Source: a virus
Taxonomy: Duplodnaviria > Heunggongvirae > Uroviricota > Caudoviricetes
Direction: 5' to 3' (one strand)
DNA: 64,000 nt
IMG/VR virus record: IMGVR_UViG_3300032007_000002
Shown here: piece after piece, positions 9,840 through 19,414 of the stretch
Numbering within the stretch: position 1 is the stretch's first letter
Layout of the letters: each line of letters begins with the position of its first letter
The notes under the pieces: model-generated
Database searches by the model: none
What the model was told of the DNA's origin: nothing
Seen by the model: the letters and a program-made list of their open reading frames with translations, nothing else
Made by a program: the position numbers and the translations under genes

Positions 9840-10877
9840 ATGGATAACGCTGACGTATGGAAAGCCGATTGCAAGAACTGCAATCTTACATTAGATTTTT
9901 CGACGCTCATGCGGATCCACCGCGTGAATGCCCATGACATGATAACGCTGTATGGCGATACGTTCAGGAAAACGTTCAAGGACATGGTCGTCGGCAAGGA
10001 CGAACTTCGCCGGGCGCTGAAACAGCATGCAATCTGGCTCAGAAGCACCGGGCACCGTGGCAAGCGGCTGGACCTGTCCAAACGTTTCTTGGAAAAGCTG
10101 GACCTTTCCAATGCCGACATGCGGTGCGCCATCCTGCGCGATGCCCAGTTCAACGATGTGAACATGGCCGGCGCCAACCTGGCCGGTGCGGACCTGGCCG
10201 CTGCCCTTATATGCGGCTCAGACATGCGCGGTGCCAACCTGACCCACGCAAACCTTGGCGGTGCCGCGCTGAACGCCGACCTGTCCGGGGCGCAGTTCGT
10301 GTTCTCGAACTGCAGCTTTACCGGTTTCGACGGAAGCAAACTTAATGGCACGGTGTTTAACCGGGTGAACATGACCGACGCCTCGCTAACCGGGACCAAC
10401 TTCGGTAAGAACGGAGAAATCCTTATCGGCATGAAGCCGCTGCTTCAGATGGCCTGCCCGGAGACCGGGCGATACATCGGCTACAAGGCGGCTGTGCTGA
10501 AATACAACCCGGCCAGGTACAGGGCGCACCACACGGAAATGGAAGTGTTGGAACACCTGAGCAAGCACAAGCCCAGGCATGTCATCATCGAGCTGGAAAT
10601 CCCGGCGGACGCGCGGCGTTCGTCTGCACTGTCTAACCGGTGCCGGTGCTCATGCGCCAAGGTTCTGTCCATCACGAGCTTGGACGGAGCAAAGCATTAC
10701 CGGACGGCTATCTCGATGCACGACAACGGTTTCACCTACCGTGTAGGGAAGGTCGCCGTCGTGGAGAATTTCGACCCGGACCGGTGGGCCGAGGCGAGAC
10801 CGGGCATCCACCATTTTACCCAGAGGGAATGTGCGGTAAATTATGCGGGATCTTACATGCCGGTCAAGGCCAAGTAA
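9840..10877 (+). CDS. pentapeptide-repeat protein with C-terminal DUF5758-like domain
   Basis: A(D/N)Lxx repeats; C-terminal RSSALSNRCRCSCAKV...FDPDRW...GIHHF. Confidence 0.85.
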   Translation: MDNADVWKADCKNCNLTLDFSTLMRIHRVNAHDMITLYGDTFRKTFKDMVVGKDELRRALKQHAIWLRSTGHRGKRLDLSKRFLEKLDLSNADMRCAILRDAQFNDVNMAGANLAGADLAAALICGSDMRGANLTHANLGGAALNADLSGAQFVFSNCSFTGFDGSKLNGTVFNRVNMTDASLTGTNFGKNGEILIGMKPLLQMACPETGRYIGYKAAVLKYNPARYRAHHTEMEVLEHLSKHKPRHVIIELEIPADARRSSALSNRCRCSCAKVLSITSLDGAKHYRTAISMHDNGFTYRVGKVAVVENFDPDRWAEARPGIHHFTQRECAVNYAGSYMPVKAK

Positions 10878-10896
10878 TTTTTGCTATATTTCAAGC

Positions 10897-10979
10897 GTTC
10901 GCGTAGCTCCAACTAATTAGAGCCACCGGAGTTTTGGCAGACGACCGGGAACCAACTGGTGAGAGCCCAGTCGCGAACA
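10897..10979 (+). ncRNA. tRNA-like RNA with expanded anticodon arm
   Basis: acceptor GTTCGCG/CGCGAAC, D stem GCTC/GAGC, T stem ACTGG/CCAGT; 15-nt anticodon-position loop; non-canonical T loop. Confidence 0.6.
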
Positions 10980-10983
10980 TTAC

Positions 10984-11056
10984 GCCCTCATAGCTCAGCT
11001 GGATAGAGCCGTGGTTTCCTAAACCGCAGACCTGCGTTCGAGTCGCGGTGGGGGTA
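10984..11056 (+). tRNA. tRNA-Arg(CCT)
   Basis: cloverleaf; anticodon loop TT-CCT-AA; TTCGAGT T loop; no encoded CCA. Confidence 0.9.
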
Positions 11057-11058
11057 CT

Positions 11059-11283
11059 ATGAATACGAACAGTTTCTTGCAGACCGAACAGCCGGTGGAC
11101 CCGTTTGAACGGCGTTGCCGGCGCAAGACCGATTCCGGGTTGATCCGGGAACTGGAGAAAATCCGCAAGCAGCGGAAAGAACTGGACCGTCGCGAAAAGA
11201 TTATACAGAACGTGCGGTCCATGCGGTATAGCGTGAACAACTGGTTCAGTGAAGAAATCAATTCAACGGAGTTGCATCTATGA
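11059..11283 (+). CDS. hypothetical protein
   Basis: 74 aa directly after the tRNA. Confidence 0.5.
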   Translation: MNTNSFLQTEQPVDPFERRCRRKTDSGLIRELEKIRKQRKELDRREKIIQNVRSMRYSVNNWFSEEINSTELHL

Positions 11284-11645
11284 CAAGACTTAACGGGGCC
11301 ACGGTAGATCCGAACGCGGAACTTCGCCGCGACATGCTGCTCAGGCAGTATGACTTGCTGGGGAAGCGCGGGGAGGCTTTGCTGCGCATCGCCGAGGAAG
11401 GCGACGCGTTGCGCAAGAACATGCAGACGCTTGCCACCTATGTCACCGTCGGTGCAGTCACTCCGCAGGAAGCCAAGGCGACCATCGCTGACGGCATGTT
11501 CGATGGCATCCAGAAGGCGTGGGACGATTACCGCCGGGTCGATGCGATGTATCGGGCCACCCAGCTGGCCAACAACTCGAGCTACGGGTTCCATACGTTG
11601 CAGTCCGCACGTGAAATCCTGTTCGAAGCGGAGGTGACAGCATGA
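11280..11645 (+). CDS. hypothetical protein
   Basis: ATGA-coupled ORF. Confidence 0.65.
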   Translation: MTRLNGATVDPNAELRRDMLLRQYDLLGKRGEALLRIAEEGDALRKNMQTLATYVTVGAVTPQEAKATIADGMFDGIQKAWDDYRRVDAMYRATQLANNSSYGFHTLQSAREILFEAEVTA

Positions 11646-11878
11646 AGTTACCGCAGGCAAACAAGGAACTCACCGTCGGCGCGATGAAGGAGATGACCGA
11701 GGAAATCGACAAACAGCAGCATCTCCCGTTCACCAAGCGCATGAGCACAATCGACGGCGCTTTGCGCTATACCAGGCTCGCCTTCATGGCCTACAAGGAT
11801 GTGCGGGCGACTATCGAGCCCATCGACGAAGGCATTTGGAAATTCATGATTACCGTATCGGCAAAGGAGACAAAATGA
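11642..11878 (+). CDS. hypothetical protein
   Basis: GGAGG SD, ATGA-coupled. Confidence 0.65.
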   Translation: MKLPQANKELTVGAMKEMTEEIDKQQHLPFTKRMSTIDGALRYTRLAFMAYKDVRATIEPIDEGIWKFMITVSAKETK

Positions 11879-12345
11879 CTCCAAAACGTTCTCGTATGAC
11901 ATCCGACCAGATTGTTGACGGCCAGATAAACGGGACCGAGATTTGCGTGACCGAGAATTTCATGGCCTACGACAACGGCAGGCCGACCGGGGCCACCATA
12001 TTTGACCTACTCCCTTCATGCACCTACGTTGACAAGACGACCGGGGAGGAACACAAGATGGTGTCCGCGATCCGCGTGAAGTTCAACAACGAACTTGTGG
12101 GAGTGGTGAACAATATCCACCTTGATGACGATGGCGACGTCTGCGGGACGCTCGACCTGTTCCGCCCGCTCCCGCTACAGGAAATGGGCCAGCGCATGTT
12201 TGGCCTCGTCTGGGAGTTCCGTGGCCGTTATGATGAACTTGAAATGCGGTTCGTGTATGACTATGACGCCAGGTACAGGCATGATACCGGAAAAGACAGC
12301 TACACAGCAACAATTAAACCCCGCGTTGGACTTGGAGGATGGTAA
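11875..12345 (+). CDS. hypothetical protein
   Basis: AAGGAGA SD, ATGA-coupled. Confidence 0.65.
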   Translation: MTPKRSRMTSDQIVDGQINGTEICVTENFMAYDNGRPTGATIFDLLPSCTYVDKTTGEEHKMVSAIRVKFNNELVGVVNNIHLDDDGDVCGTLDLFRPLPLQEMGQRMFGLVWEFRGRYDELEMRFVYDYDARYRHDTGKDSYTATIKPRVGLGGW

Positions 12346-12346
12346 T

Positions 12347-12670
12347 ATGAAGTTTGCAGATTTTATCGAGACGGTCAAGGGTGTATACCCGGAGGCGCGT
12401 TTTCCAAAAATGGACACTGACGGGTTTTCCGTAAATGTTCATGTTGACTTGTGCAAGCCGGGGTTTGATGTCGAACATCCCGTCGGCAACATGGTCTGGT
12501 TGGATTATATGGGTTCCAATGAACTCATCAACGAGACCGTCCCGGCAACCGACACGGTGGCCCATTGTGAAAACATTTCGTTGTGCGATTTGTCACAGCT
12601 GCTCCAAAATCGCAAGGATGATGGATTTACCCACACGCGGACAACAATTACACTGGTCGAAAAACAGTAA
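12347..12670 (+). CDS. hypothetical protein
   Basis: GGAGG SD before ATG 12347. Confidence 0.6.
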   Translation: MKFADFIETVKGVYPEARFPKMDTDGFSVNVHVDLCKPGFDVEHPVGNMVWLDYMGSNELINETVPATDTVAHCENISLCDLSQLLQNRKDDGFTHTRTTITLVEKQ

Positions 12671-12723
12671 CCGTCTCCCTTTTGCTATATTTCAGTCAAG
12701 AGATAAGGCAAAAGGAGGTCCCC

Positions 12724-13029
12724 ATGACCAGAACAGAATTTAACAAGTTGCTTGTCGAGCTGCAGACCCATGCTGAAGCTGCAAAGGAAATCGTCAAGAA
12801 GCTCCTCGACGTGGTCGAAATCGACCATGTGTTCAAGAAGAAGGGCACCGGCTACAACGTGGCCGAGGGCGACCTTGTACCGAAATGGGAAGTCCGTTCG
12901 GTCATGTGCCTCTGGGCTGACGCATGCAACCTCGATAACGCAGTCGCCAACCATATCCGATGCGCGAAGGATGAAAAGGACACCCTCGCAGACGTAGACC
13001 CAGACAAGAAGCCCGACCATGATAAGTAA
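12724..13029 (+). CDS. hypothetical protein
   Basis: AAGGAGG SD, promoter motif at 12681. Confidence 0.7.
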   Translation: MTRTEFNKLLVELQTHAEAAKEIVKKLLDVVEIDHVFKKKGTGYNVAEGDLVPKWEVRSVMCLWADACNLDNAVANHIRCAKDEKDTLADVDPDKKPDHDK

Positions 13030-13876
13030 CGCGAGCATACAGGAAGTTTTCGAAAAACTTGACGTATTCAACAACGTCAAGTTCTATCCGGGACCGCACC
13101 AGTATTACATCGACGAGCGCCCGGCCATATCGGTGACGAGCGTGGTCGAGAAGCTGATTCCCAAGTTCAAGGAAAAGGAGCAGGCTGCCGAAAAGTCTCT
13201 CGAACTCGGCATCCCCGCGGAACAGATCCTTCTCGACTGGGCGAAGACCAACTGCGTCAGCACCGCGAAGGGCTCCGCTGTCCACGAGTATATCGAGCAC
13301 GGTCTCGCCGGGAAGCATTTCGACTACCCGGAAGCTGCCGTGCGCAAGGAACTCGCCCGGAAGCTGTGCCCGAATGACGACCCGGACGGGGTGGAAGTCA
13401 TCGGCAGGTTCTTCGGCGGGGTCGATCCGGTATATCCGCTTTACCAGAAGTGCATTGCCCATGCCGACAGGTTTCTTTCTGACCTACGCGGGCGCCTGAT
13501 ACCGATCAAGTCGGAATTCGTGATGGGGCACCCGGAGTTCCTCGTGACCGGCATGTGCGACCAGATTTTTTTCAACAAGAAGAGCGGCCAGGTCGAGATC
13601 TGGGACTGGAAAACCAACACGAAGTTCTCCATGAAGTCCAAGTTCCAGCTCAACGCCCCGTGTGCGCACCTGACCCAGTGCAAGCTGGACGAATATTCCC
13701 TGCAGCTGTCCTGCTACAAGGAAATATTCCAGGACATGACGGGCATCCGGGTGGGCGCCTGCACCATCTGCTGGTTCAGCGAAGCCCAGGATAGATACTA
13801 TCCGATACAGTGCTACAACCTGTCGCGTGAGGCGCGTCTCATCATGGAGGCGTTCGGGGGTTGTTCCATGCAGTGA
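13019..13876 (+). CDS. PD-(D/E)XK exonuclease (RecB/Cas4-like phage nuclease)
   Basis: SVTSV, KGSAVHEYIE, SEF, GMCDQIF, IWDWKT, YSLQLSCY motifs. Confidence 0.85.
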   Translation: MISNASIQEVFEKLDVFNNVKFYPGPHQYYIDERPAISVTSVVEKLIPKFKEKEQAAEKSLELGIPAEQILLDWAKTNCVSTAKGSAVHEYIEHGLAGKHFDYPEAAVRKELARKLCPNDDPDGVEVIGRFFGGVDPVYPLYQKCIAHADRFLSDLRGRLIPIKSEFVMGHPEFLVTGMCDQIFFNKKSGQVEIWDWKTNTKFSMKSKFQLNAPCAHLTQCKLDEYSLQLSCYKEIFQDMTGIRVGACTICWFSEAQDRYYPIQCYNLSREARLIMEAFGGCSMQ

Positions 13877-13894
13877 TTTTGCTATATTTTCTGC

Positions 13895-14785
13895 ATGGAA
13901 ACAAAAGTCAGCAAATTTACCGTTACCGGCCTCGTCAAAAAGCGCCGTATATTCAATACGTCCATGGACTATTCCGTGGACGTTTTTCACTATCCCTGCC
14001 TTACCGGCGATAACGGAACCGGCAAGTCGCTCACGATCCACCTTCTCCACGCAATGACTGAACTGATTACGACCAGCATACCCACCAGGCTGTTTTCCTA
14101 CCTGCGGACCCGGGATGAGGACGGGTGGGGCCAGTGGTACTGGCGGTGGCACAGGATTTTCCAGAAGCTCGAACTCGAGATGGCCGACGGCCGCAAGCTG
14201 ACGGTATCTGCAATCAACCCGGACGACGGCAAGTATATGATGAACATGAACGGCCACATATACGACCTGACCGATGTTGCCGTGTTGGATATGCCGGACA
14301 GCGTCCCGTTCCTGCCCGAGAAACGCCACGAGAACATGGCCGGCACGGTAGCATCCCTGGTATTCATGAACGGTGGCAAGTTCGACCCGGACAAGTATTT
14401 CAAGCTATGCCAGGCCATCCTGGGACTGGACAACGGCCCGCGCCTTTTCAGCCCGATGCCGATGGGCGTTGATTTCTCGTCCAGGACAAAGTGGGAAAGG
14501 GCGCTCGATACTTGGCTCGGCACATTCTCTCACGGGGAAGTCGAAGTCCTGATGCTGTCGCTCGCCATCGAGGCTGCCGGTCTCAGGAAATGCCCCATCT
14601 TCATCGAGGGCGCGGAGGCAGGTCTCCATGTACTTTCCCAGAAGCAGTTCGCCAAGATGGTACCGATGTTCGACGAACGCGGCATCCAGATTGTATATAC
14701 TACTCGCAGTCCGTTCAACTTCATTCCCGGGCAAACATACGACCTTGGCGAGAAGGCACCGGTAAAGGAGTTCGTCGATGGATAG
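13895..14785 (+). CDS. degenerate ABC/AAA-type ATPase
   Basis: GDNGTGKS Walker A; SHGE; IFIEGAEAGLH in place of DEPExxLH; ATG 5 nt after promoter motif. Confidence 0.65.
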   Translation: METKVSKFTVTGLVKKRRIFNTSMDYSVDVFHYPCLTGDNGTGKSLTIHLLHAMTELITTSIPTRLFSYLRTRDEDGWGQWYWRWHRIFQKLELEMADGRKLTVSAINPDDGKYMMNMNGHIYDLTDVAVLDMPDSVPFLPEKRHENMAGTVASLVFMNGGKFDPDKYFKLCQAILGLDNGPRLFSPMPMGVDFSSRTKWERALDTWLGTFSHGEVEVLMLSLAIEAAGLRKCPIFIEGAEAGLHVLSQKQFAKMVPMFDERGIQIVYTTRSPFNFIPGQTYDLGEKAPVKEFVDG

Positions 14786-15305
14786 CAAGAATTTCCGCGA
14801 TTACATGCCGCTGCAGGAAAATGACCCCGGCGTGATATGCAAGCCGTTTTATGAGTTCCCGGGCATGGATTCCTTGCAGGGTTTCGATACGATGAGCAAG
14901 GCGGTTCTCGCGATGAAATGCGCCATCATCGACATCGTATGCAAGGGATGCGGGGTCGATCCCGCGCCGTATCTTAACGAAGCGTCCTCCATCCGGTTCA
15001 AGGACGGGTATTGCCAGGTGTCCTTGGCGAAGGCGATGGGGGAGAGGTGGCGCAATGCGCCGCACGGGATGGGCATTTGTCCGGCAGTGGACTTGCGCAG
15101 GCGCATGGACGGGAACTCTCCGCAGGTCGTGATGATGGAGGATTTTATCGTCAGCGTCCCGGTGGAACATGTGATGCCCGTCATGGTATACCCGTACCGG
15201 GCCTGGTTCAAGGCACCAAATCCGGCCGACTTTGAGCCGCATCACACAGTTGTTGCGGACACCGCTACTAAACCAATAGATAAAGCGGAGGACGGAAAAT
15301 GCTGA
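14778..15305 (+). CDS. hypothetical protein
   Basis: 175 aa, AAGGAG SD. Confidence 0.65.
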   Translation: MDSKNFRDYMPLQENDPGVICKPFYEFPGMDSLQGFDTMSKAVLAMKCAIIDIVCKGCGVDPAPYLNEASSIRFKDGYCQVSLAKAMGERWRNAPHGMGICPAVDLRRRMDGNSPQVVMMEDFIVSVPVEHVMPVMVYPYRAWFKAPNPADFEPHHTVVADTATKPIDKAEDGKC

Positions 15306-15493
15306 AAGAAGACTTGCAGACAATGTGGACGATAATGGCAGCGCAGAACGCCGGCAGCAACGGCAGTTTCATCTATTCCTCAGCCGCACCGGGACTGGTC
15401 GCCGCGGGCTTCGTCGTTGGCTGTATTGTCCTGTTTGCCATCGTATGCGGCATCGTGGCCCACTTTACCGACAAGTCCGATTCCGGTTACTGA
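15299..15493 (+). CDS. small membrane protein
   Basis: hydrophobic C-terminal helix, GGAGG SD. Confidence 0.6.
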   Translation: MLKEDLQTMWTIMAAQNAGSNGSFIYSSAAPGLVAAGFVVGCIVLFAIVCGIVAHFTDKSDSGY

Positions 15494-15527
15494 TTTTTGC
15501 TATATTTCCGGCAAAAAGAGGTAACCC

Positions 15528-16328
15528 ATGAAATGCGACCCCCGCGAGATTATGGATCTGCTCAGTGTGCCGGATCCGCTGGAAAACATCAAGGCACGCC
15601 CCGACATCTTCGGCGAAGTGATAGCCCTCATGGACGGGGTCCAGCATCCGCGTTTTCATGCCGAAGGCGACGTGTGGCAGCACACGCAGCTCGTAATCAA
15701 GAACATCGTACAGAACAAGTTCCATGACTGGGTGGACGTCCTCGCTGCGCTGTTCCACGATGCCGGCAAGAAGAAGGCACTGGAAGAGAACGAGGGCAAG
15801 CACATGGGCGGTCACGAGAACCACAGCGTCGAGATTTTCCGGGACTGGGCGTTCTTCAACGGAATGGATTCGATGTTCCCGGAAGCCGTAGAGGCTATTG
15901 TCTGGGCTATACAGAACCACATGAAGGCGCACCGCCTCGCGGAGTTTCACGGCACCTATGACATCATGGTTATCGTGACCAACAGGTGGTTCCCGCGTCT
16001 CAGCCGTCTCGCCTCCGCCGATTCCATGTCCGATCTCGATGATAACGGCAATCCGACATCGTCATTCGCCGACGTGCTCGCATGCCCGTCGGTAGCCCGC
16101 TGGGTTGGCGAGAGCGCCCCGTGGCCTATCGTGAGCCGTCTCGACCTCAACGAGGCAGGCATCCCGCCGTACTTGCGCGACAAGGGCGTGGAAGTCGCCT
16201 ACAAGATGCAGGTGAACAGCGGGAAGCTCAAGCGCGAACACCTGGTCAACGCCGTGGTCGGGGACAAGCTGTTCCGAAAGGCTCGCATCGAGTATCTGGC
16301 CCAGCGCAAGAAAGAAACCGGGGCATAG
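15528..16328 (+). CDS. HD-domain phosphohydrolase (resembles the HD module of CCA-adding enzymes)
   Basis: QHPRFHAEGDVWQHT, ALFHDAGK, GHE, NHM, ADS motifs. Confidence 0.8.
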   Translation: MKCDPREIMDLLSVPDPLENIKARPDIFGEVIALMDGVQHPRFHAEGDVWQHTQLVIKNIVQNKFHDWVDVLAALFHDAGKKKALEENEGKHMGGHENHSVEIFRDWAFFNGMDSMFPEAVEAIVWAIQNHMKAHRLAEFHGTYDIMVIVTNRWFPRLSRLASADSMSDLDDNGNPTSSFADVLACPSVARWVGESAPWPIVSRLDLNEAGIPPYLRDKGVEVAYKMQVNSGKLKREHLVNAVVGDKLFRKARIEYLAQRKKETGA

Positions 16329-16384
16329 CCCGGTTTGCTATATTTCAACATATCACAGATGGCAAAATGCCGTAAAGGACATAT

Positions 16385-17215
16385 ATGGAACTCATAATCA
16401 CATTGCCCGATGAATTCATCGAAGACTATTCCAAGGACCGTTTCCGCGATTCGCTCCTGCGCATCCTTGGCGACGCGAAACGCGCAGGAACCGTATTGAC
16501 CGGCAACTCGGACCGTGAAGTGATTGACGTCCTGCTTCCCGGGATTGTCGATGCTGTCGCCAAGTCCAGGGCAACCGCGAACGGCAAGGAAATCCAGGTC
16601 GTGGGCAACCCGGGCGGCATCAGGGATCTTGACGACTACGAGGCCCGCAGGTCCGCGAAGGAAATGCTGGACAATGAAATTATGCGTGAGATGACTGATC
16701 CGCTCGTAATCTCGCAGCAGCGCGGCCCGGCGCCGTTCGTAATGGTGCGGGGCGGCAACGGTTACAAGATGAGTGACCCGAGGCCGGCAAGGGCCTGCGA
16801 AGGGCACGACTGGCGCCACGAGTTTCCCGGCCCGTACACCTTTGACGAAACAGTCGCCGACCTCGTATGGGACCGTGACTGCAACACTGTCCTCACCGCG
16901 ATTACTGACGGATATGACGATATTCCCGATACAGTCATGCAGTCCCTCGTCAATGCGATGAACGGTAACGAAGAGCTCGGCAAATTCCATCTCGGCGCAC
17001 CGAAACTGGTTGCGTCGGAAAGCGACTGCTACATCGAATTTTGCGTGGATGGGGTGGTCAAGCGCCTGGATGTCCGCGGATGGGGGCAGCTTACCGGCCC
17101 CAAGAAGTTCGAGCCGGCTGTCGCTGCCCAGTTGCAGGAGGACTTCGGCCAGTACGTCCTTATCTGCCTGAAGCAAATCAACCTCGACGAACCTGAAACC
17201 AAGAAGGAAGCCTAA
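16385..17215 (+). CDS. hypothetical protein
   Basis: 276 aa, promoter motif at 16334. Confidence 0.7.
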   Translation: MELIITLPDEFIEDYSKDRFRDSLLRILGDAKRAGTVLTGNSDREVIDVLLPGIVDAVAKSRATANGKEIQVVGNPGGIRDLDDYEARRSAKEMLDNEIMREMTDPLVISQQRGPAPFVMVRGGNGYKMSDPRPARACEGHDWRHEFPGPYTFDETVADLVWDRDCNTVLTAITDGYDDIPDTVMQSLVNAMNGNEELGKFHLGAPKLVASESDCYIEFCVDGVVKRLDVRGWGQLTGPKKFEPAVAAQLQEDFGQYVLICLKQINLDEPETKKEA

Positions 17216-17216
17216 C

Positions 17217-17615
17217 ATGAAAAAATATATCATATTTGCTATTGCCCTGCTTGCCGTGGTCCTGTTCGCATGCTGCCCGGAACCGGAAACGGGGGACACT
17301 GTCTCCGGCTCGTATGTGGTAATCACTGACAAGACTGATACGCTGTTCGTGTCTCCGTGCGGGAGGGTGTGGATTGAGAACCCTGTCGCCGCGGAAAACG
17401 GCGGTGGCGTGCTTTCCGGCGCCGCAGTGGATTCCCACCCGTTCGTTACGGTGATCTGGGCGAACAACTACAGGGAAACGTATATGCGCGACCATTGGTA
17501 TTATGGCCAGTTTGCGCAATACCATGAAATCGTGAAGAATATCCAGATGGACAAGCACATCACGATTGAACGGTTGCCGTGCATGGGCACAGTTACCCGT
17601 AAGCCGGGCAGGTAG
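17217..17615 (+). CDS. putative lipoprotein
   Basis: signal peptide MKKYIIFAIALLAVVLFAC with lipobox-like LFAC. Confidence 0.65.
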   Translation: MKKYIIFAIALLAVVLFACCPEPETGDTVSGSYVVITDKTDTLFVSPCGRVWIENPVAAENGGGVLSGAAVDSHPFVTVIWANNYRETYMRDHWYYGQFAQYHEIVKNIQMDKHITIERLPCMGTVTRKPGR

Positions 17616-17618
17616 TCC

Positions 17619-17951
17619 ATGCAGCACAAGATTAAACCGCACTGGAAGTTCATTGAACACGCGAACCTGGAAACGCTCCAGAAGAAAGTGAACGACTTTT
17701 CCGACGATTCCGAAGTCCAGGAAGTTCTCCTTACTACCCGCCAGGGTGGTACAGAGACCATCTTTGTCGCGAGCATCCGACATCTCGTCGATATTACCGA
17801 TCTCGAAATCAAGCGTATGATGGCCAAGACTGCGGGTTTTACGGATTACATGAAGGATCCTGACCGATGGCCCAGCGAGAAGAAACAGAAATACGAAGAG
17901 CTGTATCACAAGTACGAGCGGGAACTGCTTGGCACCCCGGCTCCGTTCTAG
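17619..17951 (+). CDS. hypothetical protein
   Basis: 110 aa, last gene of + block. Confidence 0.65.
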   Translation: MQHKIKPHWKFIEHANLETLQKKVNDFSDDSEVQEVLLTTRQGGTETIFVASIRHLVDITDLEIKRMMAKTAGFTDYMKDPDRWPSEKKQKYEELYHKYERELLGTPAPF

Positions 17952-17981
17952 GATGCTGTTCCCTGATATAATTGTATAAAC

Positions 17982-18008
17982 GAAAAGGCTCCCATTCGGG
18001 AGCCTTTC
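17982..18008. terminator. bidirectional intrinsic terminator
   Basis: GAAAAGGCTCCC-attc-GGGAGCCTTTC between convergent blocks. Confidence 0.8.
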
Positions 18009-18009
18009 C

Positions 18010-18342
18010 TTATTGTTCTTCGGTCACGATTGCAAGCAGCTGGTCCAGCGCATTTTCGTATTGGACTGCGCATGCAGGCACCCCGGGATTTTCGAAAAGG
18101 AAGGTCCAGGTAGTCTTGATGCCTTTCATTTCGGTATGCAGCAGCATTTCGTATTCGCTGAAGACACCGACTTCCTTGCGCTCGCCGGTTTCGTGGTCGT
18201 CGGCGAAGATGTTGTGGATGCCGGAATATTTCAGGCGTCCCGGTTCGAGCAAGAGGCCGTATTTTTCCAGGAGCTTCTTGGCGGTCTCCCTGGTGAGGGG
18301 TCGGCTCGCGGCCAACATCTGTGAGTTCAGTAGTCCGTTCAT
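18010..18342 (-). CDS. hypothetical protein
   Basis: AAGGAGA SD. Confidence 0.65.
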   Translation of the reverse strand: MNGLLNSQMLAASRPLTRETAKKLLEKYGLLLEPGRLKYSGIHNIFADDHETGERKEVGVFSEYEMLLHTEMKGIKTTWTFLFENPGVPACAVQYENALDQLLAIVTEEQ

Positions 18343-18354
18343 GTGTGGGTCTCC

Positions 18355-19332
18355 TTAGCAGTAATACGCTTTGATTTCGATGATAAGGGTAACGAGGGCA
18401 GCAATTATCAACAGCCCCCACCCGATTTCTTTCATGGCCGTTTTTGTAAGCCACTTGAGTTTTGGCTTTTCCCATGGGTTCATCGGAAGCGACTGGACGA
18501 ACTCCTCGTAGGTCTGTTCGCGCTTTCGATTATTTTCCCGTGCCGTTTTCTCCGCATCGAGAATCGCGGCAAGACGTTCCTGCCAGCGGGTAATCCAGCC
18601 GTCCGGGGAGTTCGCCCCATACATGCGGTTTCTGGCATAGTTCAGCATGTGGTCGACTGCGGCCGCAATGCCGTGGAATATGATGATTGACGAGGAGTAT
18701 TCTGCACCTTGTCCAGTAAGCCGGCGGAACTGGTAGTCGAGCGCATACTTGTCGTCGAACGGGACCGGCAGGTGGTAGCACGTAATATCGCTCATCGCCT
18801 CTTCGGATTTATAACGGTTCGGATGGACATGGCCGCTTGTGACTGTCATGTCTACCGGGATAGGGATGTCGACGCCATCCTTGCACACCGGTGCCGCATA
18901 CATGTATAGACGGCTCCTGGCATGGTACACGACATAGACATAGTGCTTGTCGAGAACTCGGCCATTTATTGCCCGATTGAATATGTCTTGCAGTTTGCCA
19001 GGTTCGGCAATGGATACACATTCCGTCGTGCCCATCATGCAGCCGTCACGGTCGGGGATTGATGCAACGTGTACGGTAGTGTCAATCAAACGGAAATCGT
19101 TGTTCCAGCAGCCCGGCTTGATCTGGTGGCATAGCACGAGCTCGGCGACAGGATATTGTATGAATTGGAACGGATCGTCTGTTGGGCGCTTCGCGTCGAA
19201 TACGTCGGGATGATACCTGAACGCTTCCATGTCGTAACGGGTAAATGAGCTGTCTATTAGCGATGCCTGGCTCTTACTGAAATGATGTAGCGCGGCGAGC
19301 GTGCCAGTCTTGAAACCTAGATGGTAAGTCAT
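18355..19332 (-). CDS. hypothetical protein with C-terminal TM helix
   Basis: 325 aa, promoter motif at 19365. Confidence 0.7.
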   Translation of the reverse strand: MTYHLGFKTGTLAALHHFSKSQASLIDSSFTRYDMEAFRYHPDVFDAKRPTDDPFQFIQYPVAELVLCHQIKPGCWNNDFRLIDTTVHVASIPDRDGCMMGTTECVSIAEPGKLQDIFNRAINGRVLDKHYVYVVYHARSRLYMYAAPVCKDGVDIPIPVDMTVTSGHVHPNRYKSEEAMSDITCYHLPVPFDDKYALDYQFRRLTGQGAEYSSSIIIFHGIAAAVDHMLNYARNRMYGANSPDGWITRWQERLAAILDAEKTARENNRKREQTYEEFVQSLPMNPWEKPKLKWLTKTAMKEIGWGLLIIAALVTLIIEIKAYYC

Positions 19333-19414
19333 TTTAAATTCCTATTATATTGGTTATATGTCTGAAATATAGCAAAAGGCGGGCATGCGCCCGTCTTTCG
19401 ATACGTGGCAAAGG

